Position numbers and translations under genes: made by a program. The notes beneath the pieces were generated by a model, which searched no databases, had not been told where the DNA came from, and saw only the letters and a program-made list of their open reading frames with translations. Positions 9,880 through 17,649 of a stretch of DNA of 64,000 nt are shown here, in pieces. This stretch comes from an uncultured Eubacteriales bacterium (GTDB lineage: Bacteria; Bacillota; Clostridia; Oscillospirales; Acutalibacteraceae): positions 9,337-73,336 of the forward strand of contig CASGAS010000001.1 in the NCBI GenBank assembly GCA_949299505.1, in the 5' to 3' direction. The first letter of the stretch is position 1; the number at the start of each line of letters is the position of its first letter.

Positions 9880-9921
9880 AGTATAACGGGTTTCCCGTGA
9901 AAATGCAATCGGCAGATTGCA
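9880..9921 (-). promoter_or_regulatory. pflB promoter with inverted repeat over the -35 element
   Basis: On the minus strand: TTGCAT (9903-9908), 17 nt, TATACT (9880-9885). The inverted repeat TGCAAT-N6-ATTGCA lies at 9904-9921. Confidence 0.45.
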
Positions 9922-9960
9922 CAACATATGGGCGCGGCGCTTTTGTTTTTGTGTCAGGGA

Positions 9961-10458
9961 CTAAATCAGGACCTCCAAAAGATACAGGGTGCTTGCGTCC
10001 GCGTCCCAAAGCAGATACAGGTTGTCAAAATAGCGGCCGTCCATGACGGGGCTCGGGCTATCCCCCAAAAACTTCCACACATACGCCCGCTCCAAATCCG
10101 GGCGCTGCTCCTGCGGCACTTGCAGCTGATCTAAGCCGCTTGTGAAATTCGACAGAAAGGCCTCGTCGGCCGGCGCGTCGGAAAAGTCCGCAAAAAAGGC
10201 GTCGTCCGCCGGCTCGACCGTAAACACGGAATACTGCGTGCCGTCGCCGGTAAAGCCGCGTTCACCGTCGAGCGCATAGATTTCCTCTATGGACTCGGGG
10301 AAATCCAGGTCCCAGCGCTCCTCGTAAATGCTTTCGGGCTTTGCTATATGGTGAAGCGTATCCAGATAAATGTCGCCGAGAATCCACCCGGCCGGGACAA
10401 TCAGAACCAGAAATACGACAACCGCCAAAACGATGCAAACAATTTTCCACTTTTTCAT
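9961..10458 (-). CDS. Hypothetical membrane-anchored protein (single N-terminal TM, acidic ectodomain)
   Basis: ORF 9961..10509 trimmed to the ATG at 10458 (MKKWKIVCIVLAVVVFLVLIV), preceded by GGAGGAAG. It lies 34 nt downstream of the preceding secreted-protein gene. I recognise no family. Confidence 0.55.
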   Translation of the reverse strand: MKKWKIVCIVLAVVVFLVLIVPAGWILGDIYLDTLHHIAKPESIYEERWDLDFPESIEEIYALDGERGFTGDGTQYSVFTVEPADDAFFADFSDAPADEAFLSNFTSGLDQLQVPQEQRPDLERAYVWKFLGDSPSPVMDGRYFDNLYLLWDADASTLYLLEVLI

Positions 10459-10492
10459 ACTCGGCTTCCTCCGAATCCTGCGCGGCGCCGCG

Positions 10493-11248
10493 TTACACTT
10501 CCACGGCAATCAGCACGACGTACGGCGTCAGCACGCCGGCGTCCTGCGCCTTGCACATCATGTCAATGGCGATGCCGGCGACCGTTTCATACGCCTCTTC
10601 TTCATGCTTGAAATCATAGGTGTCGGAAATGTATACGACCTTGCTTGTCGGCGACGGTTTGAAGAAGTTAAAGCTGTGAATGGCGTAATACAAATCCATT
10701 TCGATTGTGCTGTCGCCCGGCTCAAAGGACGCGTTTCCCTCGTCCACCGTCCCGTTGCCGATTTGCTGTATAACCGCGGAGCTTCCGGTCCTTGCGCCGT
10801 AAGTGGGCACATAGAGGATTTCATCCGTGTCTTCCTTGGCGCGCGTGAGAAGCTCGGCGGCCAGAAGATAGCCGCGCAAATTGAAATACGCAATCACGGT
10901 GGCGACGGCCGGGCTGTAAATCAAATGGTATTTATAGGTGGAAACGCCGGCGGTATACAGGCTGTATTCCGCAATTAAGTCCTCCAGGGTGGAAATCAGG
11001 CCGTCCAGCTTCGCAGTTTCCTGCGCGGTGGCCGCCTCGGCTTTCCGCGCTTCAAACTGGGCGATTAAATCGTTCAGTTCATAGACGACGTCCGTCCCGT
11101 TTTCCGACAACGTATTTTCCAAAACGCTTACCGATTCGGAAAGCTGCTGCGTCTCGGCGCCCGCCGCGGACGAAAACGAAAAAACGGTCTGCGACAGCAG
11201 CAAGAGAATCACAACACAGCTAATGGCGGACATGAGCTTCTTTTTCAT
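10493..11248 (-). CDS. Hypothetical secreted protein (signal peptide, coiled coil, unknown C-terminal domain)
   Basis: ORF 10493..11332 trimmed to the ATG at 11248 (MKKKLMSAISCVVILLLLSQTVFSFSSAAGAE), preceded by GGAGTGG. I recognise no family. Confidence 0.6.
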   Translation of the reverse strand: MKKKLMSAISCVVILLLLSQTVFSFSSAAGAETQQLSESVSVLENTLSENGTDVVYELNDLIAQFEARKAEAATAQETAKLDGLISTLEDLIAEYSLYTAGVSTYKYHLIYSPAVATVIAYFNLRGYLLAAELLTRAKEDTDEILYVPTYGARTGSSAVIQQIGNGTVDEGNASFEPGDSTIEMDLYYAIHSFNFFKPSPTSKVVYISDTYDFKHEEEAYETVAGIAIDMMCKAQDAGVLTPYVVLIAVEV

Positions 11249-11330
11249 ACAATCCACTCCTTTTGCGGGGCGCATGCGCTTAAGAGACGTTCCGGCAGCC
11301 CGCCGACCGTTTTCAGAGGCGTCCCGCTGC

Positions 11331-11367
11331 AAAAAACAACACGGCGCCTGCTTTTGCAGACGCCGTG
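11331..11367 (-). terminator. Strong Rho-independent terminator in the 335-nt gap upstream of the secreted-protein gene
   Basis: On the minus strand: CACGGCGUCUGC-AAAA-GCAGGCGCCGUG (12 bp including one G-U pair), followed by UUGUUUUUUG. Confidence 0.75.
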
Positions 11368-11583
11368 CGGAACAGCAAGCACGCTATTTTCCCCGCTGGT
11401 TTCACACGTCCGCTGCAAAGGCTGCGATACATACGGAAAACCAAAATGCCTCAAGCTAAATGATACCCTCAAAACGCATGATAGCACAAAGCGGGCGGGA
11501 AATCCATGTGCAGGTTTACCAAACTTTGGCTCGAAAAACTGTGAACGCGTATGGCTGCATGGGGCGCGTATTTTCCCGGCGGC

Positions 11584-12162
11584 TTACCGCAGCGCGTTGT
11601 AAAGCTGCGGCAGGAAGGCGGCGAGAAGGTACGGGTACAGATAGGCGAACGCCGCGGAGCTCAGCAGCGTGACGCCCCATTTTTGCAGGTAGGACCCGGC
11701 GTACAGCACCGCGAAAACGGGGGAGGCCAGAATCCGCAGAAAGAGGTTCGGCCTGGTCTGCTTGCCGTACAGCAGCTCCTTAAGCGTGAGCGCGTCCTCG
11801 GTCTGCGGAAAGAGGTTCGTCAGCGCCGAAACGCCCACCCACAAAAACAGGAAGTTGAAAATATGAATCGACCCGCCGGAGGTGAACCATTCGCCAAGGT
11901 ACAAGACGGGCACGGCACCCGCCGCGGTCAGCACCAGACCGACGATGAGGTTGAACAGAAACGGGAAAAAGCAGATTCCGAACGCGGTCGAGCGCTTGCG
12001 CACCAGCTCGTGCTCGATATGCCCGCACATTTCGTTGGCACGCAGGTACCGGCCGTCCTCTATGAGCACCTCATAGGCGCGGCAGGTCAGGTGCTCAAAA
12101 AACGCCTGCAAAAACGTGCCGGGCAGCGTCAGGTATTTGACAAGCAGATAGACAATTTTCAT
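11584..12162 (-). CDS. Hypothetical polytopic membrane protein with an N-terminal Cys/His cluster
   Basis: 192-aa ORF with about 4-5 TM segments. The N-terminal region reads FFEHLTCRAYE...EMCGHIEHELV. Its ATG overlaps the stop of the upstream gene (ATGA). Confidence 0.6.
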   Translation of the reverse strand: MKIVYLLVKYLTLPGTFLQAFFEHLTCRAYEVLIEDGRYLRANEMCGHIEHELVRKRSTAFGICFFPFLFNLIVGLVLTAAGAVPVLYLGEWFTSGGSIHIFNFLFLWVGVSALTNLFPQTEDALTLKELLYGKQTRPNLFLRILASPVFAVLYAGSYLQKWGVTLLSSAAFAYLYPYLLAAFLPQLYNALR

Positions 12163-13658
12163 GTGACGTCCAAATCCCCTTCCGTAAAGATGCTTTCAAT
12201 CGTGCATTCGCCCGCGCGGTAGGCGGTCACGTCGGCGGAGACGGTGTAGCCGCTGCTCTCGAGCATCTCGACCGCATCGTTGTAAGCGTCGGTCTCCCCG
12301 GCCGCGGCGGCGCACAGCGCGAGGGTGTTGACCATCTGCACCGAGGGGTTGGTCGACTGGAAGCCTTCGTCAAGCTGCGCATAGGCCTGCGCATAGTAGC
12401 CCTGCAAAAGGCGGCAGATGCCGATTTGCCGGTACATTTCGCCGGCGTACTCGTTTTCCGCCGCGATGGCCTCTTCGGCCATGGCGACCGCTTCGTCGTA
12501 GCTCCCGGCCGTGCGCAGCGCAATGACGCGCAGCAGGGCGGGGGTGCCGTCTTCCGCGTTCGCCTCCTGCAGCAGCGCGCAGACGGGCTCCACGTCGCGG
12601 CCGGTCTTGGCGTACAATTCCCCGAGCAGCGTGGCGTACAGCCAGGTCTCCTCCGGCTCAAGCTCCCGAATCTGCTCGACCAGCGCCAGCTGCGCCTCCA
12701 GGGACTGGTTCGAAATCAGCGCGAGATAGTATTGGTAGAACGTGACCATGCCGGCGTTGTATTCGGAAAATTGCGGCACATAGCCGTTTTCAAGCGCTTC
12801 GGGCGTGTCGGGTGCGGCGGTCTTGAGCGCCTCCAACGCGGCGAAAACGTCGTCGTAGGGGATTTCCTCAGCGGCCATGGACAGGTACGGCGATAAAATC
12901 TCCTGCGCCGCGTCGCCGGTCGCAAGGAATTGTTCGGCGCGGTCCACCGCGGTCTTTACCGAGCGGAAGTGCGGCATCTGCAGCTCCCAGCTGCGCAGCT
13001 GCCCGGCAAAATCCCGGATGTTGGACATGTAGCCGAGCCGGTAAATCGTCTGGATGGCGCGTTTTGTGACGAGCGCGCCGTCGGTGCGTTCGTCCTCCAG
13101 GGTCGTCTGCACCTGGGCGTACGCGTCCGCCGCGGCGTACAGCGTATCCTGCGCCGCGTACCGGTCGGCGGTCGCCGCCTGCACAAAGACCTCGGTCTGC
13201 CCGGCGAACCGATAGCCGCCGTAAAAAACGAACGCCACGAGCACCAGTGCGAGCAGGATGTTGAGAAAATCAAACGGATAGTGCCGCAGCCCCTCGTCGC
13301 AGGCCGGGCAGTACAGCGAGTCCGGGTTCTTTTTGGTGCCCGCCGGGTGCTCTCCGCAGCAGGCGCAAAGCGGCTTTTCCTCTGTTTCGCCGCCCGCGTC
13401 CTCCTCCGGCGCTTCCTGCCGGTTCGGCAGGTCGTCGAGCGACTGAATCAGCATCCCGCCGTTTTCAAAAGACGCCTCCTGCTCGGCCTGCGCCTTTGCG
13501 CGGTCCAGCTCCTCCTGAAAGACCCGGGCAAGGTCCTCCATTTCCTCGTGCAGCGCCTGCGCGTCGAGCGCTTCGGCTTTTGGCGCGTCTTCCTGCGGCG
13601 CAGGGGCTTTTGCCGGCTCCTCCGGCAGCGGCCCGCCGGTTTTTTTGGTCTCGTCCAA
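12159..13658 (-). CDS. Hypothetical zinc-ribbon / single-TM / TPR-like repeat membrane protein
   Basis: The maximal ORF 12159..14657 runs antisense into the GH28 gene. I trimmed it to an in-frame TTG at 13658, which lies 6 nt after AAGGAGGG and just downstream of a TTGAAA-17-TATGAT promoter. The protein has an acidic N-terminus, a CxxC...CxxC ribbon (CACCGEH...YCPACDEG), one TM helix, and an Ala/Tyr/Glu-rich helical-repeat ectodomain. Confidence 0.6.
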   Translation of the reverse strand: MDETKKTGGPLPEEPAKAPAPQEDAPKAEALDAQALHEEMEDLARVFQEELDRAKAQAEQEASFENGGMLIQSLDDLPNRQEAPEEDAGGETEEKPLCACCGEHPAGTKKNPDSLYCPACDEGLRHYPFDFLNILLALVLVAFVFYGGYRFAGQTEVFVQAATADRYAAQDTLYAAADAYAQVQTTLEDERTDGALVTKRAIQTIYRLGYMSNIRDFAGQLRSWELQMPHFRSVKTAVDRAEQFLATGDAAQEILSPYLSMAAEEIPYDDVFAALEALKTAAPDTPEALENGYVPQFSEYNAGMVTFYQYYLALISNQSLEAQLALVEQIRELEPEETWLYATLLGELYAKTGRDVEPVCALLQEANAEDGTPALLRVIALRTAGSYDEAVAMAEEAIAAENEYAGEMYRQIGICRLLQGYYAQAYAQLDEGFQSTNPSVQMVNTLALCAAAAGETDAYNDAVEMLESSGYTVSADVTAYRAGECTIESIFTEGDLDVT

Positions 13659-13688
13659 GGCGATCCCTCCTTGCTTCAATACCGTTCT

Positions 13689-13717
13689 ATCATAACACGA
13701 AGCGCCGTGCTTTTCAA
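13689..13717 (-). promoter_or_regulatory. Promoter of the zinc-ribbon/TPR gene pair
   Basis: On the minus strand: TTGAAA (13712-13717), 17 nt, TATGAT (13689-13694), with a TG extension. Confidence 0.5.
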
Positions 13718-13766
13718 ATAAAATCCGCCGCCAAAGCGAATTGTTTACAAAATCGCCATATTCCGA

Positions 13767-13795
13767 TTTACAAGCCCTGCAAATCATGGTATCGT
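13767..13795 (+). promoter_or_regulatory. Promoter of the GH28 gene
   Basis: TTTACA, 17 nt, then TATCGT with an upstream TG. Confidence 0.4.
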
Positions 13796-13826
13796 AAAGA
13801 AAAAGAAAAGGAAGGGGACGGTCGGC

Positions 13827-15350
13827 ATGCATCGGCGAACGCAAAAAATACTGGCGGCCCTGCTTTGTACGGCGTTGCTTGCGGGGGCGGCCGCCGGGTG
13901 GTATTTTGGGGTGTATACGAAAGATTTTAAGGTGACCTCCGGCGACATTTTTACGGAGGTGTACGAGGGAGATTTTTACCCGAACATTCCCTACGACGAC
14001 TATTTGAAAACGGAACCGCTGCCGGCGGGCGTTTATACGGTGGATATCCGCGACTGCGGCGCTGTGCCCGACCGGGACGACCGCAACAACCGCGACGCGG
14101 TGCAGACGGCCATTGACGAGATCTATGCGCACGGCGGCGGCGTTGTCTATGTGGCGGGCGGCAGCTTCACGACGGGCAGCCTGACGCTCAAAAGCGGCGT
14201 GACCTTGTTTGTAGAGCGCGGCAGCGCGCTTGTGGCCTCCCGCAATGCGGCGGATATGGACAAGGGCTGCCTTTTGTACGCCGAAAACGCGCGGGACATC
14301 CGCCTTGCCGGCGGCGGCAAGCTCTGCGGCGAGGGGGAGTGGTATTCGCTTGCGCCCGCCGAACCGCCGCAGACCGAGCCGTTCGCCGAAACGCTGGGAG
14401 TCTGGGAGCTGCGCCAGGCCTACCGCAGGCGTATTCGGTTTGCACATGAGAGCAAATACGGCAACCTTGTGCGCTTCGTCGGCTGCGAGGGCGTGCGCGT
14501 GGAGAATTTTGAGCTGGAAAATTCCGCGCGCTGGACGCTGGAGCTCAACGGCTGCACCGGCGTGGATATTTGCGACCTGGTTATCGACAACAACCGCCAC
14601 GTCGCCAACACCGACGGGATTGACGTGGCGGGCTCGTCGAACGTGACGATTGCGCACTGTTTTATTTCGACGGGCGACGACGGCATTGTGCTCAAAAACA
14701 GCGAAGCGCTCGGACGCGGCGAGGAAATGCGCGACGTTACGGTGCGCGACTGCCGTGTGACGTCGTGTACGAACGCGTTTAAGATTGGCACCGAAACGAG
14801 CTATGCCATTGCGGACGTGCTGGTCGAAGACTGCGAGGTTTTCCTTGACGACATCTATCCGGGCGGCGTGTCGGGCGTTTCCATTGAATCCGCCGACGGC
14901 GCGCGCGTCGAAAACGTTACGGTGCGCGGCATAGAGATGCGCGGCCTGACCTGCCCGCTGTTTATAAGCTTAAACAACCGCAATTCCGATGGCGGCCGGG
15001 ACAACGCGGGCGCGATTGCAAACGTGACGGTCGAAAACATCCGCGCTAAAGGTGTGGAGATTCCGGTGATTGTGACCGGCACGAAAAAGCTGACCGTGCA
15101 AAACGTAACGCTGCGCGACTTTGCGCTTACCTATGCGCCGGGGGAGGACTACTACGACTACCGCCCGTTTGTGCCCGCCTATGATGACACCTATCCCGAG
15201 TGCAACCGGATGCGCAACCTCAACGCCTACGGGCTGTTCGCGCGGCATGCCGACGCGCTTACGGTGGAAAACTTTACGGTCACGCCGCGCGCGGACACCC
15301 GCCGCGAGGAGGTGCTGCTGCGGGACGTGACGAATTACACGCGGGTATAA
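13827..15350 (+). CDS. Glycoside hydrolase family 28 (polygalacturonase-like, right-handed beta-helix) with N-terminal membrane anchor
   Basis: GH28 catalytic motifs are present (NTDGIDVAG, STGDDGIVLKN, AFKIGTE). The N-terminus reads MHRRTQKILAALLCTALLAGAAAGWYF. Confidence 0.8.
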   Translation: MHRRTQKILAALLCTALLAGAAAGWYFGVYTKDFKVTSGDIFTEVYEGDFYPNIPYDDYLKTEPLPAGVYTVDIRDCGAVPDRDDRNNRDAVQTAIDEIYAHGGGVVYVAGGSFTTGSLTLKSGVTLFVERGSALVASRNAADMDKGCLLYAENARDIRLAGGGKLCGEGEWYSLAPAEPPQTEPFAETLGVWELRQAYRRRIRFAHESKYGNLVRFVGCEGVRVENFELENSARWTLELNGCTGVDICDLVIDNNRHVANTDGIDVAGSSNVTIAHCFISTGDDGIVLKNSEALGRGEEMRDVTVRDCRVTSCTNAFKIGTETSYAIADVLVEDCEVFLDDIYPGGVSGVSIESADGARVENVTVRGIEMRGLTCPLFISLNNRNSDGGRDNAGAIANVTVENIRAKGVEIPVIVTGTKKLTVQNVTLRDFALTYAPGEDYYDYRPFVPAYDDTYPECNRMRNLNAYGLFARHADALTVENFTVTPRADTRREEVLLRDVTNYTRV

Positions 15351-15365
15351 GACAAAAGACGGAAC

Positions 15366-15402
15366 AAAAGCCGAGCGGCCGTTTAAGGCTGCCCGGCTTT
15401 TC
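15366..15402 (+). terminator. Rho-independent terminator after the GH28 gene
   Basis: AAAAGCCGAGCGGCC-GTTTAA-GGCTGCCCGGCTTTT. Confidence 0.6.
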
Positions 15403-15443
15403 CAAAGTTTACAGAAAATTCAAATTTTTTCGCGGCCCCGCCC

Positions 15444-15472
15444 TTGCAAAATGGAAGGAACAGGTATATAGT
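15444..15472 (+). promoter_or_regulatory. Sigma-A type promoter of htpG
   Basis: TTGCAA (15444-15449), 17 nt, TATAGT (15467-15472). Confidence 0.5.
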
Positions 15473-15477
15473 ATAGA

Positions 15478-15504
15478 TTAGCACTCAAAAGCCTTGAGTG
15501 CTAA
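15478..15504 (+). promoter_or_regulatory. CIRCE element (HrcA operator)
   Basis: TTAGCACTC-AAAAGCCTT-GAGTGCTAA is a perfect match to the CIRCE consensus TTAGCACTC-N9-GAGTGCTAA. It sits at the predicted transcription start, 23 nt before the htpG ATG. Confidence 0.85.
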
Positions 15505-15526
15505 ATTGTTCCGGAGGCTTTGCGAC

Positions 15527-17416
15527 ATGGCGAAAAAGCAATTCAAGACCGAGTCCAAGCGGATGCTGGACCTCATGATTCATTCCATTTACACGAATCG
15601 GGAAATTTTCCTGCGCGAGCTTATCTCCAACGCGAGCGACGCCATAGACAAGCTGTATTTTCGTTCGCTGACGGACGACGGCGTGGCGCTCGGCCGCGAT
15701 GATTTTCACATCGACCTGTCCGTCGACAAGGAAAAGCGCCTGCTTACGGTGTCCGACAACGGCGTCGGCATGACCGAAGAGGAGCTTGACAAAAACCTCG
15801 GCACCATTGCGAAAAGCGGTTCGCGGCAGTTTTCCGAGGAGCACGAGACCGCCGAAAGCGACGTGGACATCATCGGGCAGTTCGGCGTGGGCTTTTATGC
15901 GGCGTTCATGGTCGCCGACCGCGTCGAGGTTGTTTCGCGCGCCTACGGCGAAGCGCAGGCGCACCGCTGGCAGTCGGCGGGCGCGGACGGCTATACGATT
16001 TCCGACGCTGAACGCGACGCGGCGGGCACGGACGTTATTCTGCACATCCGCGAAAGCACGCCCGAAGCGGATTACGACGAGTTTTTGGAAAGCTACCGCA
16101 TAGAAGCGCTGGTGAAAAAATATTCCGACTATATCCGCTACCCCATTCGCATGGCGCTCGAGCATTCGCGCAAAAAAGAGGGCAGCGAGGACGAGTATGA
16201 GACCTACACCGAGGTCGAGACCGTCAACAGCATGGTCCCGCTTTGGAAAAAGGCGAAAAGCGAGATTGACGAAGCGGATTACGAAAAGTTTTATCAGGAG
16301 CGCTTCCACGCCTACGACAAGCCCCTGCGCGTCATCCACCAGAAGGCGGAGGGCACGACGAGCTACCAGGCGCTGCTGTTTATTCCCGAAAAGGCGGATT
16401 ACAACTATTATTCCAAGACCTATGAAAAGGGTCTGGCGCTGTATTCGAGCGGCGTGAAAATCATGGACAAGTGCGCCGAATTGCTGCCCGACTGCTTCAG
16501 CTTTGTCAAGGGCGTCGTCGATTCCGAGGACTTGTCGCTCAATATTTCGCGCGAAACGCTCCAGCAGGACCACCAGCTCAAGGTCATTGCCCGCGCGCTT
16601 GAAAAGAAAATCAAAAAAGAGCTTGCCGATATGCTCGAAAAGGACCGCGAAAAGTACGAGCTGTTCTGGAAATCATTTGGCCTACAGCTTAAATACGCGC
16701 TGTATTCGACCTTCGGCGGCGAGCGCGAGCTGCTGGAAGATTTGCTTTTGTTTACGCGCGCGTCCGACGGCAAGCTGTGCACGCTGAAGGAATATTGCGA
16801 CGCGATGCCCGACAGCCAGAAGTATATCTACTACGCCGCGGGCGAAAGCGTCGAAAAGCTCCATATGCTGCCGCAGGCGGAAATGGTGCGCGACCACGGG
16901 TACGACATCCTCTTTTTGACCGACGACGTGGACGAATTTTTGATGCAGATTCTCCACGCGCACGGCGAAAAGGAATTCCGTTCAATCTCCGGCAACGACC
17001 TGGGGCTTGAAAGCGAAGAAGAGAAAAAAGAACACGAGGAAAAAGCCGAGTCCGGCAAACCCATGTTTGAAGCCATGCAAAAGGCGCTCGACGGCAAGGT
17101 CGCCGAGGTGCGCCTTTCCAACCGGCTGAAGAGCCACCCGGTCTGCCTGTCGAGCAAGGGCCCGATGTCCATCGAAATGGAAAAGGTGCTTGCCGCCATG
17201 CCCAACGCCGAACATGCGCCGAAGGCCGAGCGCGTGCTCGAGCTCAACGGCGAACACCCCGTGTACGCGGCGCTTACGGCGGCGTTCGAGGCGGGCGACA
17301 CGGAAAAGGTTGCAGAGTACGCCAAGCTGCTCTATGACCAGGCGTGCTTGCTGGAAGGGCTTTCCGTTGACGACCCCGTCGCCTTCTCCGAAGCGGTCTG
17401 CAAGCTGATGCAGTAA
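15527..17416 (+). CDS. htpG: Molecular chaperone HtpG (Hsp90)
   Basis: Trimmed to the ATG at 15527 after GGAGG. Hsp90 N-terminal signature is present (LMIHSIYTNREIFLRELISNASDAIDK, GQFGVGFYAAFMVAD). Confidence 0.95.
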   Translation: MAKKQFKTESKRMLDLMIHSIYTNREIFLRELISNASDAIDKLYFRSLTDDGVALGRDDFHIDLSVDKEKRLLTVSDNGVGMTEEELDKNLGTIAKSGSRQFSEEHETAESDVDIIGQFGVGFYAAFMVADRVEVVSRAYGEAQAHRWQSAGADGYTISDAERDAAGTDVILHIRESTPEADYDEFLESYRIEALVKKYSDYIRYPIRMALEHSRKKEGSEDEYETYTEVETVNSMVPLWKKAKSEIDEADYEKFYQERFHAYDKPLRVIHQKAEGTTSYQALLFIPEKADYNYYSKTYEKGLALYSSGVKIMDKCAELLPDCFSFVKGVVDSEDLSLNISRETLQQDHQLKVIARALEKKIKKELADMLEKDREKYELFWKSFGLQLKYALYSTFGGERELLEDLLLFTRASDGKLCTLKEYCDAMPDSQKYIYYAAGESVEKLHMLPQAEMVRDHGYDILFLTDDVDEFLMQILHAHGEKEFRSISGNDLGLESEEEKKEHEEKAESGKPMFEAMQKALDGKVAEVRLSNRLKSHPVCLSSKGPMSIEMEKVLAAMPNAEHAPKAERVLELNGEHPVYAALTAAFEAGDTEKVAEYAKLLYDQACLLEGLSVDDPVAFSEAVCKLMQ

Positions 17417-17433
17417 AAATCCAAACCCAAACC

Positions 17434-17465
17434 AAAAGCGCACCGCGTTTTGCGGTGCGCTTTTC
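17434..17465. terminator. Bidirectional terminator (htpG / feo operon)
   Basis: AAAAGCGCACCGC-GTTTT-GCGGTGCGCTTTT. Confidence 0.7.
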
Positions 17466-17484
17466 TGTGTCTTTCTGCGGCCGC

Positions 17485-17637
17485 TTACCGGCAGCCGCCC
17501 GGTTTGCCGCAGCCGTCCGCAGCAAAGGGGCAGCCCGCGCAGCGCGTTTCTCTGCGCCGCTTTACCACGCGGCGAACGGCCCAGACGGTGTAGGCAAAAA
17601 GCGCCGCGCACAGCAGCGCGATAAGGAGAAGTTTCAT
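17485..17637 (-). CDS. FeoB-associated Cys-rich membrane peptide (50 aa, below the ORF-track cutoff)
   Basis: My own translation is MKLLLIALLCAALFAYTVWAVRRVVKRRRETRCAGCPFAADGCGKPGGCR. A GGAGG lies 7 nt upstream, and the gene starts 12 nt after the feoB stop. The TM helix plus C-terminal CxxC...C...C is typical of this small feo-linked family. Confidence 0.65.
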   Translation of the reverse strand: MKLLLIALLCAALFAYTVWAVRRVVKRRRETRCAGCPFAADGCGKPGGCR

Positions 17638-17649
17638 CGCCGTGCCTCC

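Noticed and set aside
11354-11602. An 82-aa plus-strand ORF and a 39-aa minus-strand ORF (MYRSLCSGRV...) inside the 335-nt intergenic region.
   Set aside because: Neither has a properly spaced RBS, and both overlap the terminator hairpin. The region is better explained as RNA structure.
13659-14657. The N-terminal about 330 aa of the maximal ORF 12159..14657.
   Set aside because: This stretch runs antisense through the GH28 gene and its promoter. A promoter, a strong RBS and an in-frame TTG at 13658 give a much more plausible start.
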